Origin: Alkalilimnicola ehrlichii MLHE-1
GTDB taxonomy: Bacteria > Pseudomonadota > Gammaproteobacteria > Nitrococcales > Halorhodospiraceae
DNA: 32,000 nucleotides
Assembly: GCF_000014785.1 (NCBI RefSeq)
Contig: NC_008340.1
Span: 810,001 to 842,000, forward strand
Direction: 5' to 3'
Shown: one piece after another, positions 16,703-25,120 of the stretch
How positions within the stretch are numbered: position 1 is the first letter of the stretch
Layout of the letters: every line of letters starts with the position of its first letter
The notes under the pieces: model-generated
Seen by the model: only the letters and a program-made list of their open reading frames with translations
The model's database searches: none
What the model was told of the DNA's origin: nothing
Program-made: the position numbers and the translations under genes

Positions 16703-18213
16703 GCGCGCTGTACACCGCCATGCCGCTGTGGGTGCTGATGACCTCGCTGGTCACGGCGGTGGTCATCTTCCTGTTGGGCGAGCGGCGCCAGCGGGCGCGC
16801 ACGGCCATGAACCTGGGCGGGGCCCTGGCCAAGCTGGCACTGGTGGCGGTGATGCTGTTCGGGGTCTGGGCCGGGCACGACTTTCACTTCCGCTGGGCGG
16901 TGATCCCGGGCGGACCGGATATCGTGCTGCACGCCGATGCCCTGGCCATGCTGTTCATCTCCCTCTCGGCGCTCCTCTGGCTGCTGACAACGGTCTATGC
17001 CATCGGCTATCTGGAGGGCCAGCCCCATCGCTGCCGCTTCTTCGGCTTTTTCAGCCTCTGTGTGGCGGCCACCATGGGCATTGCCACTGCCGGCAACCTG
17101 TTCACCTTTTTCATCTTCTACGAACTGCTCACGCTCTCCACCTGGCCGCTGGTGGTGCACAAGGGGACCCATGCCGCCCTGCGCGGGGGGGCGGTCTACC
17201 TGCGCTACACCCTGGGCGCCGGCCTGCTGCTGTTGCCCGGCATCATCGGGTTCTACCTGCTCACCGGGCTGCAGAGCTTCCAGCCCGGCGGCGTCGTCGG
17301 CGAGGTGGTGCCGGAGCAGGCCCTGGCGCTGACGGTCTTCTTCTGGATGATGGCCTTGGGCATCGGGGTGAAGGCGGCGCTGGTGCCGCTCCACGGCTGG
17401 TTGCCCACGGCCATGGTGGCGCCGGCGCCAGTCTCGGCCCTGCTGCACGCGGTGGCGGTGGTGAAGGCGGGGGCCTTTGGCATCGTGCGCCTGGTGCAGG
17501 ACCTCTACGGTATCTCGGTGGTGGCGGAATTGGGGGTCGGTGTGCCGCTGGCGCTGCTGGCCTCGTTCACCATCCTCTACGGCTCCTGGCGGGCGCTGGC
17601 CCAGGACGACATCAAGCGCCGGCTTGCCTTCTCCACGGTCAGCCAGGTGGCCTACATCACCCTGGGGGTGGCGGTGGCTGGCCCGGTAGCGGCGGTGGGA
17701 GGGCTGGTGCATCTGGTCCACCAGGGGCTGATGAAGATCACATTGTTTTTCTGTGCCGGCAATGTGGCCGAGACCCTGGGCGTACACAGCATCCGCGACC
17801 TGGACGGCACCGGTCGGCGCATGCCGCTCACCATGGCGGCCTTCACCCTGGGGGCCTTCGGCATGATCGGTGCACCGCCGCTGGCCGGTTTCATCAGCAA
17901 GTGGCACCTGGGCATCGGCATGGTGGAGGCGGGCATGCCGGCGTTCATCGCGGTGCTGGTGGCCAGCACGCTGCTCAATGCGGCCTACTTCCTGCCGGTC
18001 CTGCACCGCATCTGGTTTCGCCCGCCCCCGGACCAGTGGCCGAACGAGCGCGATCTGGGGCCAGGGGAGACCCACGGCTGGCTCCTGTGGCCGACCCTGA
18101 CCACGGCGGCCATGGCCCTGGGGGCGGGCCTGTTGGCCGGTATGCCCTTCAGCCCACTGGACTGGGTGAGCCTGATTATCGAGCGCGATTACGGCCTGGT
18201 GCCACAGCCCTAG
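16699..18213 (+). CDS. Proton-conducting antiporter-like subunit (MrpD/MrpA-N/NuoL family), copy 2
   Basis: GTG at 16699 overlaps the copy-1 stop (GTGA). It has KAALVPLHGWLPTAMVAPAPVSALLHAVAVVKAG and GAPPLAGFISKWHL. The track start at 16471 would overlap copy 1 by about 230 nt and is rejected. Confidence 0.88.
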   Translation: MSALYTAMPLWVLMTSLVTAVVIFLLGERRQRARTAMNLGGALAKLALVAVMLFGVWAGHDFHFRWAVIPGGPDIVLHADALAMLFISLSALLWLLTTVYAIGYLEGQPHRCRFFGFFSLCVAATMGIATAGNLFTFFIFYELLTLSTWPLVVHKGTHAALRGGAVYLRYTLGAGLLLLPGIIGFYLLTGLQSFQPGGVVGEVVPEQALALTVFFWMMALGIGVKAALVPLHGWLPTAMVAPAPVSALLHAVAVVKAGAFGIVRLVQDLYGISVVAELGVGVPLALLASFTILYGSWRALAQDDIKRRLAFSTVSQVAYITLGVAVAGPVAAVGGLVHLVHQGLMKITLFFCAGNVAETLGVHSIRDLDGTGRRMPLTMAAFTLGAFGMIGAPPLAGFISKWHLGIGMVEAGMPAFIAVLVASTLLNAAYFLPVLHRIWFRPPPDQWPNERDLGPGETHGWLLWPTLTTAAMALGAGLLAGMPFSPLDWVSLIIERDYGLVPQP

Positions 18214-18296
18214 CAGGGCCGGTGCTGTTCCGGGGAGCGCCGCGGTCGTGGCGGTGACGCACCGGGTGGGCCTCCCGGCGGCGGGGAACGAACCGA

Positions 18297-18325
18297 TTGA
18301 CATAGTGTCATACAGACACTAAGTT
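18297..18325 (+). promoter_or_regulatory. Candidate sigma70-type promoter of nrtR-nadA (-35 TTGACA, 17-nt spacer, -10 TAAGTT)
   Basis: TTGACA at 18297-18302 and TAAGTT at 18320-18325, inside an AT-rich island about 30 nt upstream of the nrtR ATG. Confidence 0.5.
18303..18321. promoter_or_regulatory. Perfect palindrome TAGTGTC-ATACA-GACACTA, candidate NrtR operator
   Basis: The 7-bp arms are perfectly complementary. The site contains a GT-N7-AC core, fills the promoter spacer and lies directly upstream of an NrtR-like gene. Confidence 0.6.
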
Positions 18326-18352
18326 TCATTCCTTGCCACGGCAGTCAAGAAC

Positions 18353-19012
18353 ATGCAGATTGCTCCGAAAACCAACGCCGCCGTCAGCACCGACGTGGTG
18401 ATCTTCACCATCCGGGCCGGGCGGCTGAGCGTACTACTGGTGCGGCGGCAGAATGCGCCCTACGCCGGGCTCTGGTCATTGCCCGGTGGTCTGGTGGGCG
18501 AGGGCGAGGCCCTGGAGGACAGCGCGCTGCGCATCCTGCTGGAGAAGACCGGGGTCCAGGGGGTGTATCTGGAGCAGCTCTACACCTTTGGCCAGCCGGG
18601 GCGCGACCCGCGGGGGCGGGTCCTGACGGTGGCCTACTATGCGTTGGTCCCTTACGACCGGCTGCACGTGCGCGGCGGGGTGGAGCGGCTGGACTGGTTC
18701 CCGGAGGATGAATTGCCCCCGCTGGCCTTCGACCACCGGCAGATCGTAGGGATGGCGCGGCGCCGGCTGTCCGGCAAGCTCCACTACTCCACCATCGCCC
18801 TGCAGTTCATGCCAGAGGCGTTTACCCTGTCGGAGTTGCAGGGTGTGTATGAGACCCTTCTGGGCGAGCGCCTGGACAAGCGGAACTTCCGCAAACGCCT
18901 GCAGGCCCTGGACTGCCTGGAGGACACCGGAAAACGGTATAACGGCGGCAATCATCGCCCCGCGCGCCTGTACCGGGCGAAAAGCCCGGGTGAGGTGCGG
19001 ATCATCAGGTAG
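18353..19012 (+). CDS. nrtR: NrtR-type Nudix-related transcriptional regulator of NAD metabolism
   Basis: N-terminal Nudix fold with a degenerate Nudix box (GLVGEGEALEDSALRILLEKTGV). C-terminal winged-helix region FDHRQIVGMARRRLSGKLHYSTIALQFMPEAFTLSELQGVYETLLGERLDKRNFRKR is typical of NrtR. It is adjacent to nadA. Confidence 0.8.
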   Translation: MQIAPKTNAAVSTDVVIFTIRAGRLSVLLVRRQNAPYAGLWSLPGGLVGEGEALEDSALRILLEKTGVQGVYLEQLYTFGQPGRDPRGRVLTVAYYALVPYDRLHVRGGVERLDWFPEDELPPLAFDHRQIVGMARRRLSGKLHYSTIALQFMPEAFTLSELQGVYETLLGERLDKRNFRKRLQALDCLEDTGKRYNGGNHRPARLYRAKSPGEVRIIR

Positions 19013-19042
19013 CAACGGCGGCCCCGGGGCCGGAGGTTGATT

Positions 19043-20113
19043 ATGAGCAAGGCGCAGGCCATCCGCATGGAACGCCCTCGGTATTTTCGTGAGCAGCCGC
19101 AGCAGGCGGCGGAACGGGTGAGCGGTAGTGAGCGCGACCGCTTGATGGAGCGTATCAGCGACCTGTTGCGCGAACGTGACGCCGTGCTGGTGGCCCACTA
19201 CTACACCGATCCGGACCTGCAGATCCTGGCGGACCGGACCGGCGGCTATGTCTCCGATTCCCTGGATATGGCTCGCTTCGGCGCCGAGCACGAGGCCTCC
19301 ACCCTGGTGGTGGCGGGGGTGCGATTCATGGGCGAGACGGCCAAGATCCTCACCCCCGAGAAGCGCGTGCTCATGCCCGACCTGGAGGCCACCTGCTCGC
19401 TGGACGAGGGCTGCCCGCCGGACGCGTTCTCCGCCTGGTGTGATCGGCACCCCGACCGCACCGTGGTGGTCTACGCCAACACCTCGGCGGCGGTGAAGGC
19501 GCGTGCCGACTGGGTCGTGACCTCCAGCATCGCCCTGGACATCATCAACCATCTGAAGGCGCGGGGCGAGAAGATCCTCTGGGGTCCGGACAAACACCTG
19601 GGCGACTACCTGCAGCGGGAGACCGGGGCCGACATGCTGCTGTGGGATGGCAGCTGTATCGTCCACGAGGAGTTCAAGGGGCTGGAACTGGAGAAACTGC
19701 GAGGGGAACACCCCGAGGCCAAGGTGCTGGTCCACCCGGAATCACCCCGCGCGGTGGTCGAGCAGGCCGATGTGGTGGGGTCCACCTCCAAGCTGCTGGA
19801 GGCGGTGACCACCATGGATGCCCGCGAGTTTATCGTCGCCACCGACGCCGGCATCTTCCACAAGATGCTGGAGTCGGCCCCGGACAAGGTGCTGCTCAAG
19901 GCCCCCACGGCCGGCCGTGGGGCCACCTGCTCAAGCTGCGCCCACTGCCCCTGGATGGCCCTGAACGGCCTGCACAGCCTGCTCCGGGTGCTGGAGCGGG
20001 GCGACAACGAGATCCAGGTGGACGAGGCGGTGGCCGAGAAGGCCCGTGTCTCGCTGGGCCGGATGATGGACTTCGCCCGCGCGCACAAGCGGGCCGTGGC
20101 CGGTGATGCGTGA
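19043..20113 (+). CDS. nadA: Quinolinate synthase NadA
   Basis: ATG at 19043 lies 6 nt after GGAGG. It has [11 protein letters not shown], cluster cysteines in CSLDEGC and CIVHEEF, and [10 protein letters not shown] near the C-terminus. Confidence 0.93.
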   Translation: MSKAQAIRMERPRYFREQPQQAAERVSGSERDRLMERISDLLRERDAVLVAHYYTDPDLQILADRTGGYVSDSLDMARFGAEHEASTLVVAGVRFMGETAKILTPEKRVLMPDLEATCSLDEGCPPDAFSAWCDRHPDRTVVVYANTSAAVKARADWVVTSSIALDIINHLKARGEKILWGPDKHLGDYLQRETGADMLLWDGSCIVHEEFKGLELEKLRGEHPEAKVLVHPESPRAVVEQADVVGSTSKLLEAVTTMDAREFIVATDAGIFHKMLESAPDKVLLKAPTAGRGATCSSCAHCPWMALNGLHSLLRVLERGDNEIQVDEAVAEKARVSLGRMMDFARAHKRAVAGDA

Positions 20114-20128
20114 GGAGCCGCGGTACCC

Positions 20129-21280
20129 TTGCGTATCCCCCAGTTACTGATTGCTGTCTATTGTACCCTGCTGGCCTTCTCCGCCATTTACGCCCCGCAG
20201 CCGCTGCTGCCGGTGCTGCAGGGGGCGTTTGACGTCAGTGAGACCCGGGCCTCGCTGCTCATTACCGTGACCCTGCTGCCCCTGGCCATCGCCCCGGTGG
20301 CCTACGGCTTCGTCCTCCAGCGGTTCTCGGCCAAGCGCCTGCTGATCGGCGCCACCGCCCTGCTGGCGGTCACCGAGTACCTGATCTTCTTCGTCACCCA
20401 CTTCGAGCTGTTCCTGTTCCTGCGGCTGCTGCAGGGCCTGCTGATCCCGGCCATCCTCACCGCGCTCATGACCTATCTCTCGGCCAGCGCCGGACCGGGT
20501 CGCATCGCCCGGGTGATGGCCTTTTACGTGGCGGCGACGGTGCTGGGCGGGTTCCTCGGCCGGGCGCTGTCCGGTCTGATCTCCACCGGCTTTGGCTGGC
20601 GCTGGTCGTTCCTATTCCTGGGGCTCGCCCTGACCGTCTGCGTGCTGCTGCTGCGACGGCTGGACGCCGACCCGCCGGTCAGTTTTCAGAAGCTGCGTGC
20701 GGGGACGGTGGTGGCGGTATTGCGTCAGCCCAGTTTCCTGCGGCTGTACGGGGTGATCTTCTGCGCCTTCTACGTCTTCGCCTCATTGCTGAACTTCCTG
20801 CCCTTCCGCCTGGTGGAGCTGGGCAGTGGCATGAACGAGACCGGGATCGCCCTGATGTACTCCGGCTACCTCATGGGCGTGGTCACCTCGCTGCTCTCCC
20901 TGCGGATCGCGGGGCGCATCGGCGGGCCGGTCAACACCATGCTGCTGGGGACAGTGATCTTCGCCGGCTCCCTGCTCTTCTTCCTGGGGCATTCGCTGTG
21001 GCTGATCTTCGCCGGCATGTTTGTCTTCTGCGGAGGCATGTTTCTCATCCATTCGCTGGCCCCCGGTTTTCTCAACCAGCGGGCTGGGGAACAGCGGGGC
21101 GTGGTGAATGGCCTCTATATCGCCTTCTATTATGCGGGTGGCACAGTGGGCTCCTTCATACCCGGCTTCATTTACCACAGCCTCGGCTGGGCGGCCTACC
21201 TGGCATCGCTGGCGGCGGTACTGGCCCTGGCGGGCTATTGGCTGACAGGATTGCGCCGACAGACGGTGCCGGCGAACTGA
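20129..21280 (+). CDS. MFS transporter, YnfM-like
   Basis: 383 aa, about 12 hydrophobic segments. The N-terminal IYAPQPLLPVLQGAFDVSE resembles E. coli YnfM (YCVQPILPVLSQEFGLTP). It begins 15 nt after nadA. The TTG start is uncertain. Confidence 0.82.
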   Translation: MRIPQLLIAVYCTLLAFSAIYAPQPLLPVLQGAFDVSETRASLLITVTLLPLAIAPVAYGFVLQRFSAKRLLIGATALLAVTEYLIFFVTHFELFLFLRLLQGLLIPAILTALMTYLSASAGPGRIARVMAFYVAATVLGGFLGRALSGLISTGFGWRWSFLFLGLALTVCVLLLRRLDADPPVSFQKLRAGTVVAVLRQPSFLRLYGVIFCAFYVFASLLNFLPFRLVELGSGMNETGIALMYSGYLMGVVTSLLSLRIAGRIGGPVNTMLLGTVIFAGSLLFFLGHSLWLIFAGMFVFCGGMFLIHSLAPGFLNQRAGEQRGVVNGLYIAFYYAGGTVGSFIPGFIYHSLGWAAYLASLAAVLALAGYWLTGLRRQTVPAN

Positions 21281-21377
21281 CCGTGCGCAAGGTTGGCGGG
21301 CGCCTTGCCGCTGGACCTCGGTGCCCGGTGCGAATACCCTGGAGTGGACCAGGATTAGGCCTAAAGCAGGGGGTGTA

Positions 21378-23069
21378 ATGGCAGGGGACGACAAACCGGG
21401 GCACCGGCGGATCCTGGACCCCTGGGGGGTGACGGGGGCCTACGCGGAGCTGGGTCGCCGCTGGCTGCGCCAGCCCGACCATGTGCAGAGCATGGCGCTG
21501 CGCTGCGCCGCCAATGGGGCGGCGCTCACCGAGACGTTCTGGCGCCAGGCGCTCGGGTTGCCCCGGCAGGCCGTGGAGACGCCGCACCCGGAGGATATCC
21601 GGTTCAGCGATCCGGCCTGGGAGGGTAATGCGCTGCTCAACCGGATGATGCAGGCCTACCTGGTCCATACGCGCTGGCTGATGGACGCGCTCTATGAAAC
21701 GCCCGACATGGATCCTCGTGCGTTGCAGCGCGCGGCCTTCTGGACCCGTCAGTGGGTGGATGCGGTGGCGCCCGGCAACTGCTTCCTGAGCAATCCGGAG
21801 GCGCTGCAACGGGTCATTGAGACCGGCGGTGAGAGTCTTGGCCAGGGTCTGCAGCGGTTTCTGAGCGATCTGCTGACCGGTGAACTGCCGATGACCGATC
21901 GGGAGGCCTTCCGGGTCGGGGGCAATATCGCCGAGACCCCGGGGCAGGTGGTCTACCGCAACCGGCTGGTGGAGGTCATCCAGTACCGGCCGGCCACCGA
22001 CACGGTCTATGCGACTCCGCTGCTCTTCGTGCCGCCGTGGATCAACAGGTTCTATATCCTCGACCTCAACCGGCGCAAGAGCATGGTGCGCTGGCTGGTG
22101 GCGCAGGGCTACACGGTCTTTCTCATCAGTTGGAAGAACCCGGGCGCCGAGATGCGCGACCTGCACTTCGAGGACTACCTCACCGAAGGGCTCGACCCGG
22201 CGGTGCAGGCGGTGCGGGAGATCACCCGCGCACCGGCCCTGCATGCGGCCGGCTACTGCATCGGCGGGACCCTGTTGAGCTGCTATATGGCTTGGTCCAA
22301 CCGGGGGCCGGAGGGGGCGGCCGGCAACCCCATCGCCCATTGGACCACCTTCACCACGCTCGTGGACTTCGAAGACCCGGGTGAGATCGGTGCCTTTATC
22401 AGCGAGGAGTCGCTGGAGGCGCTGGACCGGCTGATGGACGGTCACGGCTATTTGCCGGGGGAGGCCCTCGCCTTCTCCTTCCGCATGCTCCGGCCCAATA
22501 CCTTGATCTGGCAGTACTACATCAATAATTACCTGCACGGGCGGGATCCGGCCCCCTTCGATGTGCTGTACTGGAATACGGATAACACCCGGTTGCCCAA
22601 GGCCATGCACAGTTGGTACCTGCGCCAGTGCTATCTGCACAACCGCCTGCGCGAGCCGGACGGCGTTGTGCTCGCCGGGCGGCCCATTGACCTGGGCCGT
22701 ATCGACCAACCGCTATACTGTGTGGCGACGGTGGACGACCATATCGCTCCCTGGCGCCAGGTCTTCCGGCTGCCCGGGCGGGTGCGCGGCGCGACGCGCG
22801 GGGTCTTGAGCACCTCCGGGCACATCTTCGGTATCGTCAATCCGCCGGTGGATCCGCCCAAGCGCAGCTACTGGGCGGGGGACGCCACGGGTGTCACCGA
22901 CCCCGATGCCTGGAAGGCGGACCAGGCAAAGACCCCCGGGTCTTGGTGGGAGGACTGGCACGCCTGGTTGTCCGCCCGCAGCGGTGACCGGGTCGCGCCG
23001 CCATCGATGGGTAACGCGGGGTATCCGCCGCTGGCTGATGCGCCGGGCCACTACGTACTGGAGTCCTGA
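21378..23069 (+). CDS. phaC: Class I poly(3-hydroxyalkanoate) synthase
   Basis: ATG at 21378 follows AGGGGG. About 563 aa, with lipase-box GYCIGG, FVPPWINRFYILDL, and a conserved His in STSGHIFGIVNPP. Confidence 0.92.
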   Translation: MAGDDKPGHRRILDPWGVTGAYAELGRRWLRQPDHVQSMALRCAANGAALTETFWRQALGLPRQAVETPHPEDIRFSDPAWEGNALLNRMMQAYLVHTRWLMDALYETPDMDPRALQRAAFWTRQWVDAVAPGNCFLSNPEALQRVIETGGESLGQGLQRFLSDLLTGELPMTDREAFRVGGNIAETPGQVVYRNRLVEVIQYRPATDTVYATPLLFVPPWINRFYILDLNRRKSMVRWLVAQGYTVFLISWKNPGAEMRDLHFEDYLTEGLDPAVQAVREITRAPALHAAGYCIGGTLLSCYMAWSNRGPEGAAGNPIAHWTTFTTLVDFEDPGEIGAFISEESLEALDRLMDGHGYLPGEALAFSFRMLRPNTLIWQYYINNYLHGRDPAPFDVLYWNTDNTRLPKAMHSWYLRQCYLHNRLREPDGVVLAGRPIDLGRIDQPLYCVATVDDHIAPWRQVFRLPGRVRGATRGVLSTSGHIFGIVNPPVDPPKRSYWAGDATGVTDPDAWKADQAKTPGSWWEDWHAWLSARSGDRVAPPSMGNAGYPPLADAPGHYVLES

Positions 23070-23110
23070 GTCCACAGGGCTCAGGGAACCGTCTGACCGG
23101 AGGTCGGTGA

Positions 23111-24001
23111 ATGAGTGCTGCAGTACCGATCCGCATGCCCGATGTGCGCCGCTGGCCGGAGGTGGATGTCCCTGTGGCGGACGCCGGGGCGCTGGCCGCG
23201 TTCCTGCTGCGCCATCCCCGGACCCTGGTGCTGACCGGCGCCGGCATCAGCACCGGTTCTGGCATCCCGGCCTACCGGGACCGCGAGGGTCGCTGGGTGC
23301 ATCGCCAGCCGATGCAGTACCAGGCCTTCATGGGCAGCGACCGGCTCCGGCGCCGTTACTGGGCTCGCAGTTATCTGGGCTGGCCGCGCATGCAGCAGGC
23401 CCGGCCCAACCCCGCCCACAGCGCTCTCGCCTCGCTGCAGCAGGCCGGCCACCTCGGCGGCCTGGTGACCCAGAACGTGGACCGGCTGCACCACAAGGCG
23501 GGCAGCCCATCGGTAACTGAGCTGCACGGCACCCTTTCCGAGGTGGTCTGCCAGGATTGTGGACGACGGGAGCCGCGTGAGTCGCTGCAGGCGGAGCTGA
23601 GCGCGCTCAATCCCGGCTGGGTCGCGGCGGTCCATGGGCTCAACCCGGATGGCGATGCGGAGCTGGATGAGGACGTTTACGACGACTTCCGGATCGCCCA
23701 TTGCCACGGTTGCGGCGGGGTGCTGAAACCGGATGTGGTCTTCTTCGGTGAGAGCGTGCCCTCCGCCCGAGTGACCGCGGTGCGTGCGGCGCTGGCCATC
23801 AGCGACGCCGTGTTGGTGGTGGGTTCGTCACTGGTGGTCTGGTCAGGCTACCGCTTCGCACGCGAGGCGGCGGCCCAGGGCAAGCCGGTGGTCGCCATCA
23901 ACCAGGGCCGCACCCGCGCTGACGGGCTGCTTCGGTTCAAGGTCGAGGCCCCCTGCGATGCGGTGCTACCGGCGGTGGCGCAGCAACTGAGCGGGGCCTG
24001 A
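23111..24001 (+). CDS. NAD-dependent protein deacylase, Sir2 family (class II/SIRT4-like)
   Basis: GGAGG lies 7 nt upstream. It has GAGISTGSGIPAYRD, QNVDRLH, ELHG, zinc-ribbon cysteines CQDCG...CHGCGG, and VVGSSLVV. Confidence 0.9.
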   Translation: MSAAVPIRMPDVRRWPEVDVPVADAGALAAFLLRHPRTLVLTGAGISTGSGIPAYRDREGRWVHRQPMQYQAFMGSDRLRRRYWARSYLGWPRMQQARPNPAHSALASLQQAGHLGGLVTQNVDRLHHKAGSPSVTELHGTLSEVVCQDCGRREPRESLQAELSALNPGWVAAVHGLNPDGDAELDEDVYDDFRIAHCHGCGGVLKPDVVFFGESVPSARVTAVRAALAISDAVLVVGSSLVVWSGYRFAREAAAQGKPVVAINQGRTRADGLLRFKVEAPCDAVLPAVAQQLSGA

Positions 24002-24130
24002 CCGGATCAGGAGCGGCGGGGAAAGGGGGTCATCAGGTCGGTCAGGTGATCCGTGCGATGTGCGTGGCCGCCGGGACCGGCGTGTGGTCAGGCTCTCGGC
24101 CAGGGGGCCGTCTAGCAGGAGGCGGGCGGC

Positions 24131-25090
24131 TCAGAGCGCCCCGCCGCAGCTGGACCCCTGGCCAGCGGTACAACCGTAGCAGTGATCGGCGACGGCAATC
24201 GGCTCGCCGCTCAGATCACGCCCGATCAGATCCCGAAGGTGGCTGCGCGGCCTGTGGCCAGCGCCCAGGGGAATGGCCAGCATCTGGTTGAAGTCGCAAT
24301 CGTAGACGTAGCCGCGCCAGTCCACGCTGAGCAGGCTACGGCACATGACGTTGGCGAGGTTCTCCGGCCGGTAGGCGGACTTGAGCAAGGCCATGTAGGC
24401 CTCGTACTGTCCTGATTTGTAGAGCTGTTTGGCGAAGCGGTGGATGGGCATGTTGGTGATGGTGAACAGGCCGTTGAAGACAATGCCGAACTCGTCCGCC
24501 AGGTGCTGTTTGTAGTCCGCCTCCAGTTGGTCCTGGGGTGGCGGCAGCGTGGCGCCCAAGGGATTGTAGACCAGGTTCAGGGGTAGTCCGCTGCCGGGTT
24601 GGCCGTAGCCCACCGCGTTGAGCTGCCGCAGGCCGCGGATGCTCTGCTCGAAGACCCCCTCGCCGCGCTGGCTGTCGACGTTGTCTGCCGAATAACAGGG
24701 CAGCGAGGCCACCACCTCCACCCGGTGGGCGGCGAGGAAGTTGGCCAGACCCTCCTGTCCAGGCTGCTCCAGCACGGTGAGGTTGCAGCGGTCCATCACC
24801 TGCACGCCGAGCCCGTGGGCCTGCTCCACCAGGTAGTGGAACTGCGGGTTGAGCTCCGGCGCCCCGCCGGTGAGATCCAGGGTGCGCGCCCCGGAATGGC
24901 GCAGATAGGCTAGCACCAGGTCGGCGGTGGCGCGGTCCATCTTCTCCTTGCGGTTGGGGCCGGCATTGACGTGGCAGTGGAAGCAGGTCTGGTTGCACAC
25001 GTAGCCGACGTTCACCTGCAGGGTCTCCAGCCGCCGGCGACGGATGGCCGGGAAGGTGGTCGGTTGCAGTTGCGGAAAGGTGGCGCTCAT
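24131..25090 (-). CDS. arsS: ArsS-type radical SAM/Cys-rich-domain protein (TIGR04167-like, Cys rather than Sec version)
   Basis: GGAGG precedes the ATG. It has the radical SAM motif CNQTCFHC and the C-terminal signature DWRGYVYDCDFNQML...CYGCTAGQGSSCGGAL, which is characteristic of this family. Confidence 0.85.
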   Translation of the reverse strand: MSATFPQLQPTTFPAIRRRRLETLQVNVGYVCNQTCFHCHVNAGPNRKEKMDRATADLVLAYLRHSGARTLDLTGGAPELNPQFHYLVEQAHGLGVQVMDRCNLTVLEQPGQEGLANFLAAHRVEVVASLPCYSADNVDSQRGEGVFEQSIRGLRQLNAVGYGQPGSGLPLNLVYNPLGATLPPPQDQLEADYKQHLADEFGIVFNGLFTITNMPIHRFAKQLYKSGQYEAYMALLKSAYRPENLANVMCRSLLSVDWRGYVYDCDFNQMLAIPLGAGHRPRSHLRDLIGRDLSGEPIAVADHCYGCTAGQGSSCGGAL

Positions 25091-25120
25091 GAAACCTCCG
25101 TCTGATGGTGGCGGGCGCGG

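Noticed and set aside
23111-24001. The Sir2-domain protein as a possible anti-phage defence component (Thoeris ThsA, DSR or SIR2-HerA-like).
   Set aside because: It has the full canonical sirtuin catalytic core plus a four-Cys zinc ribbon and is only 296 aa. It has no SLOG, HerA, pAgo or TIR partner and no extra domains. Its neighbours are housekeeping or metabolic genes, so it looks like an ordinary protein deacylase.
24002-24130. A possible bidirectional terminator between the convergent sirtuin and radical SAM genes (CGGATCA...TGATCCG, 24003-24052).
   Set aside because: The stem is only 7 bp with a 36-nt loop and no flanking T/A tracts, so it is not distinguishable from chance in GC-rich DNA.
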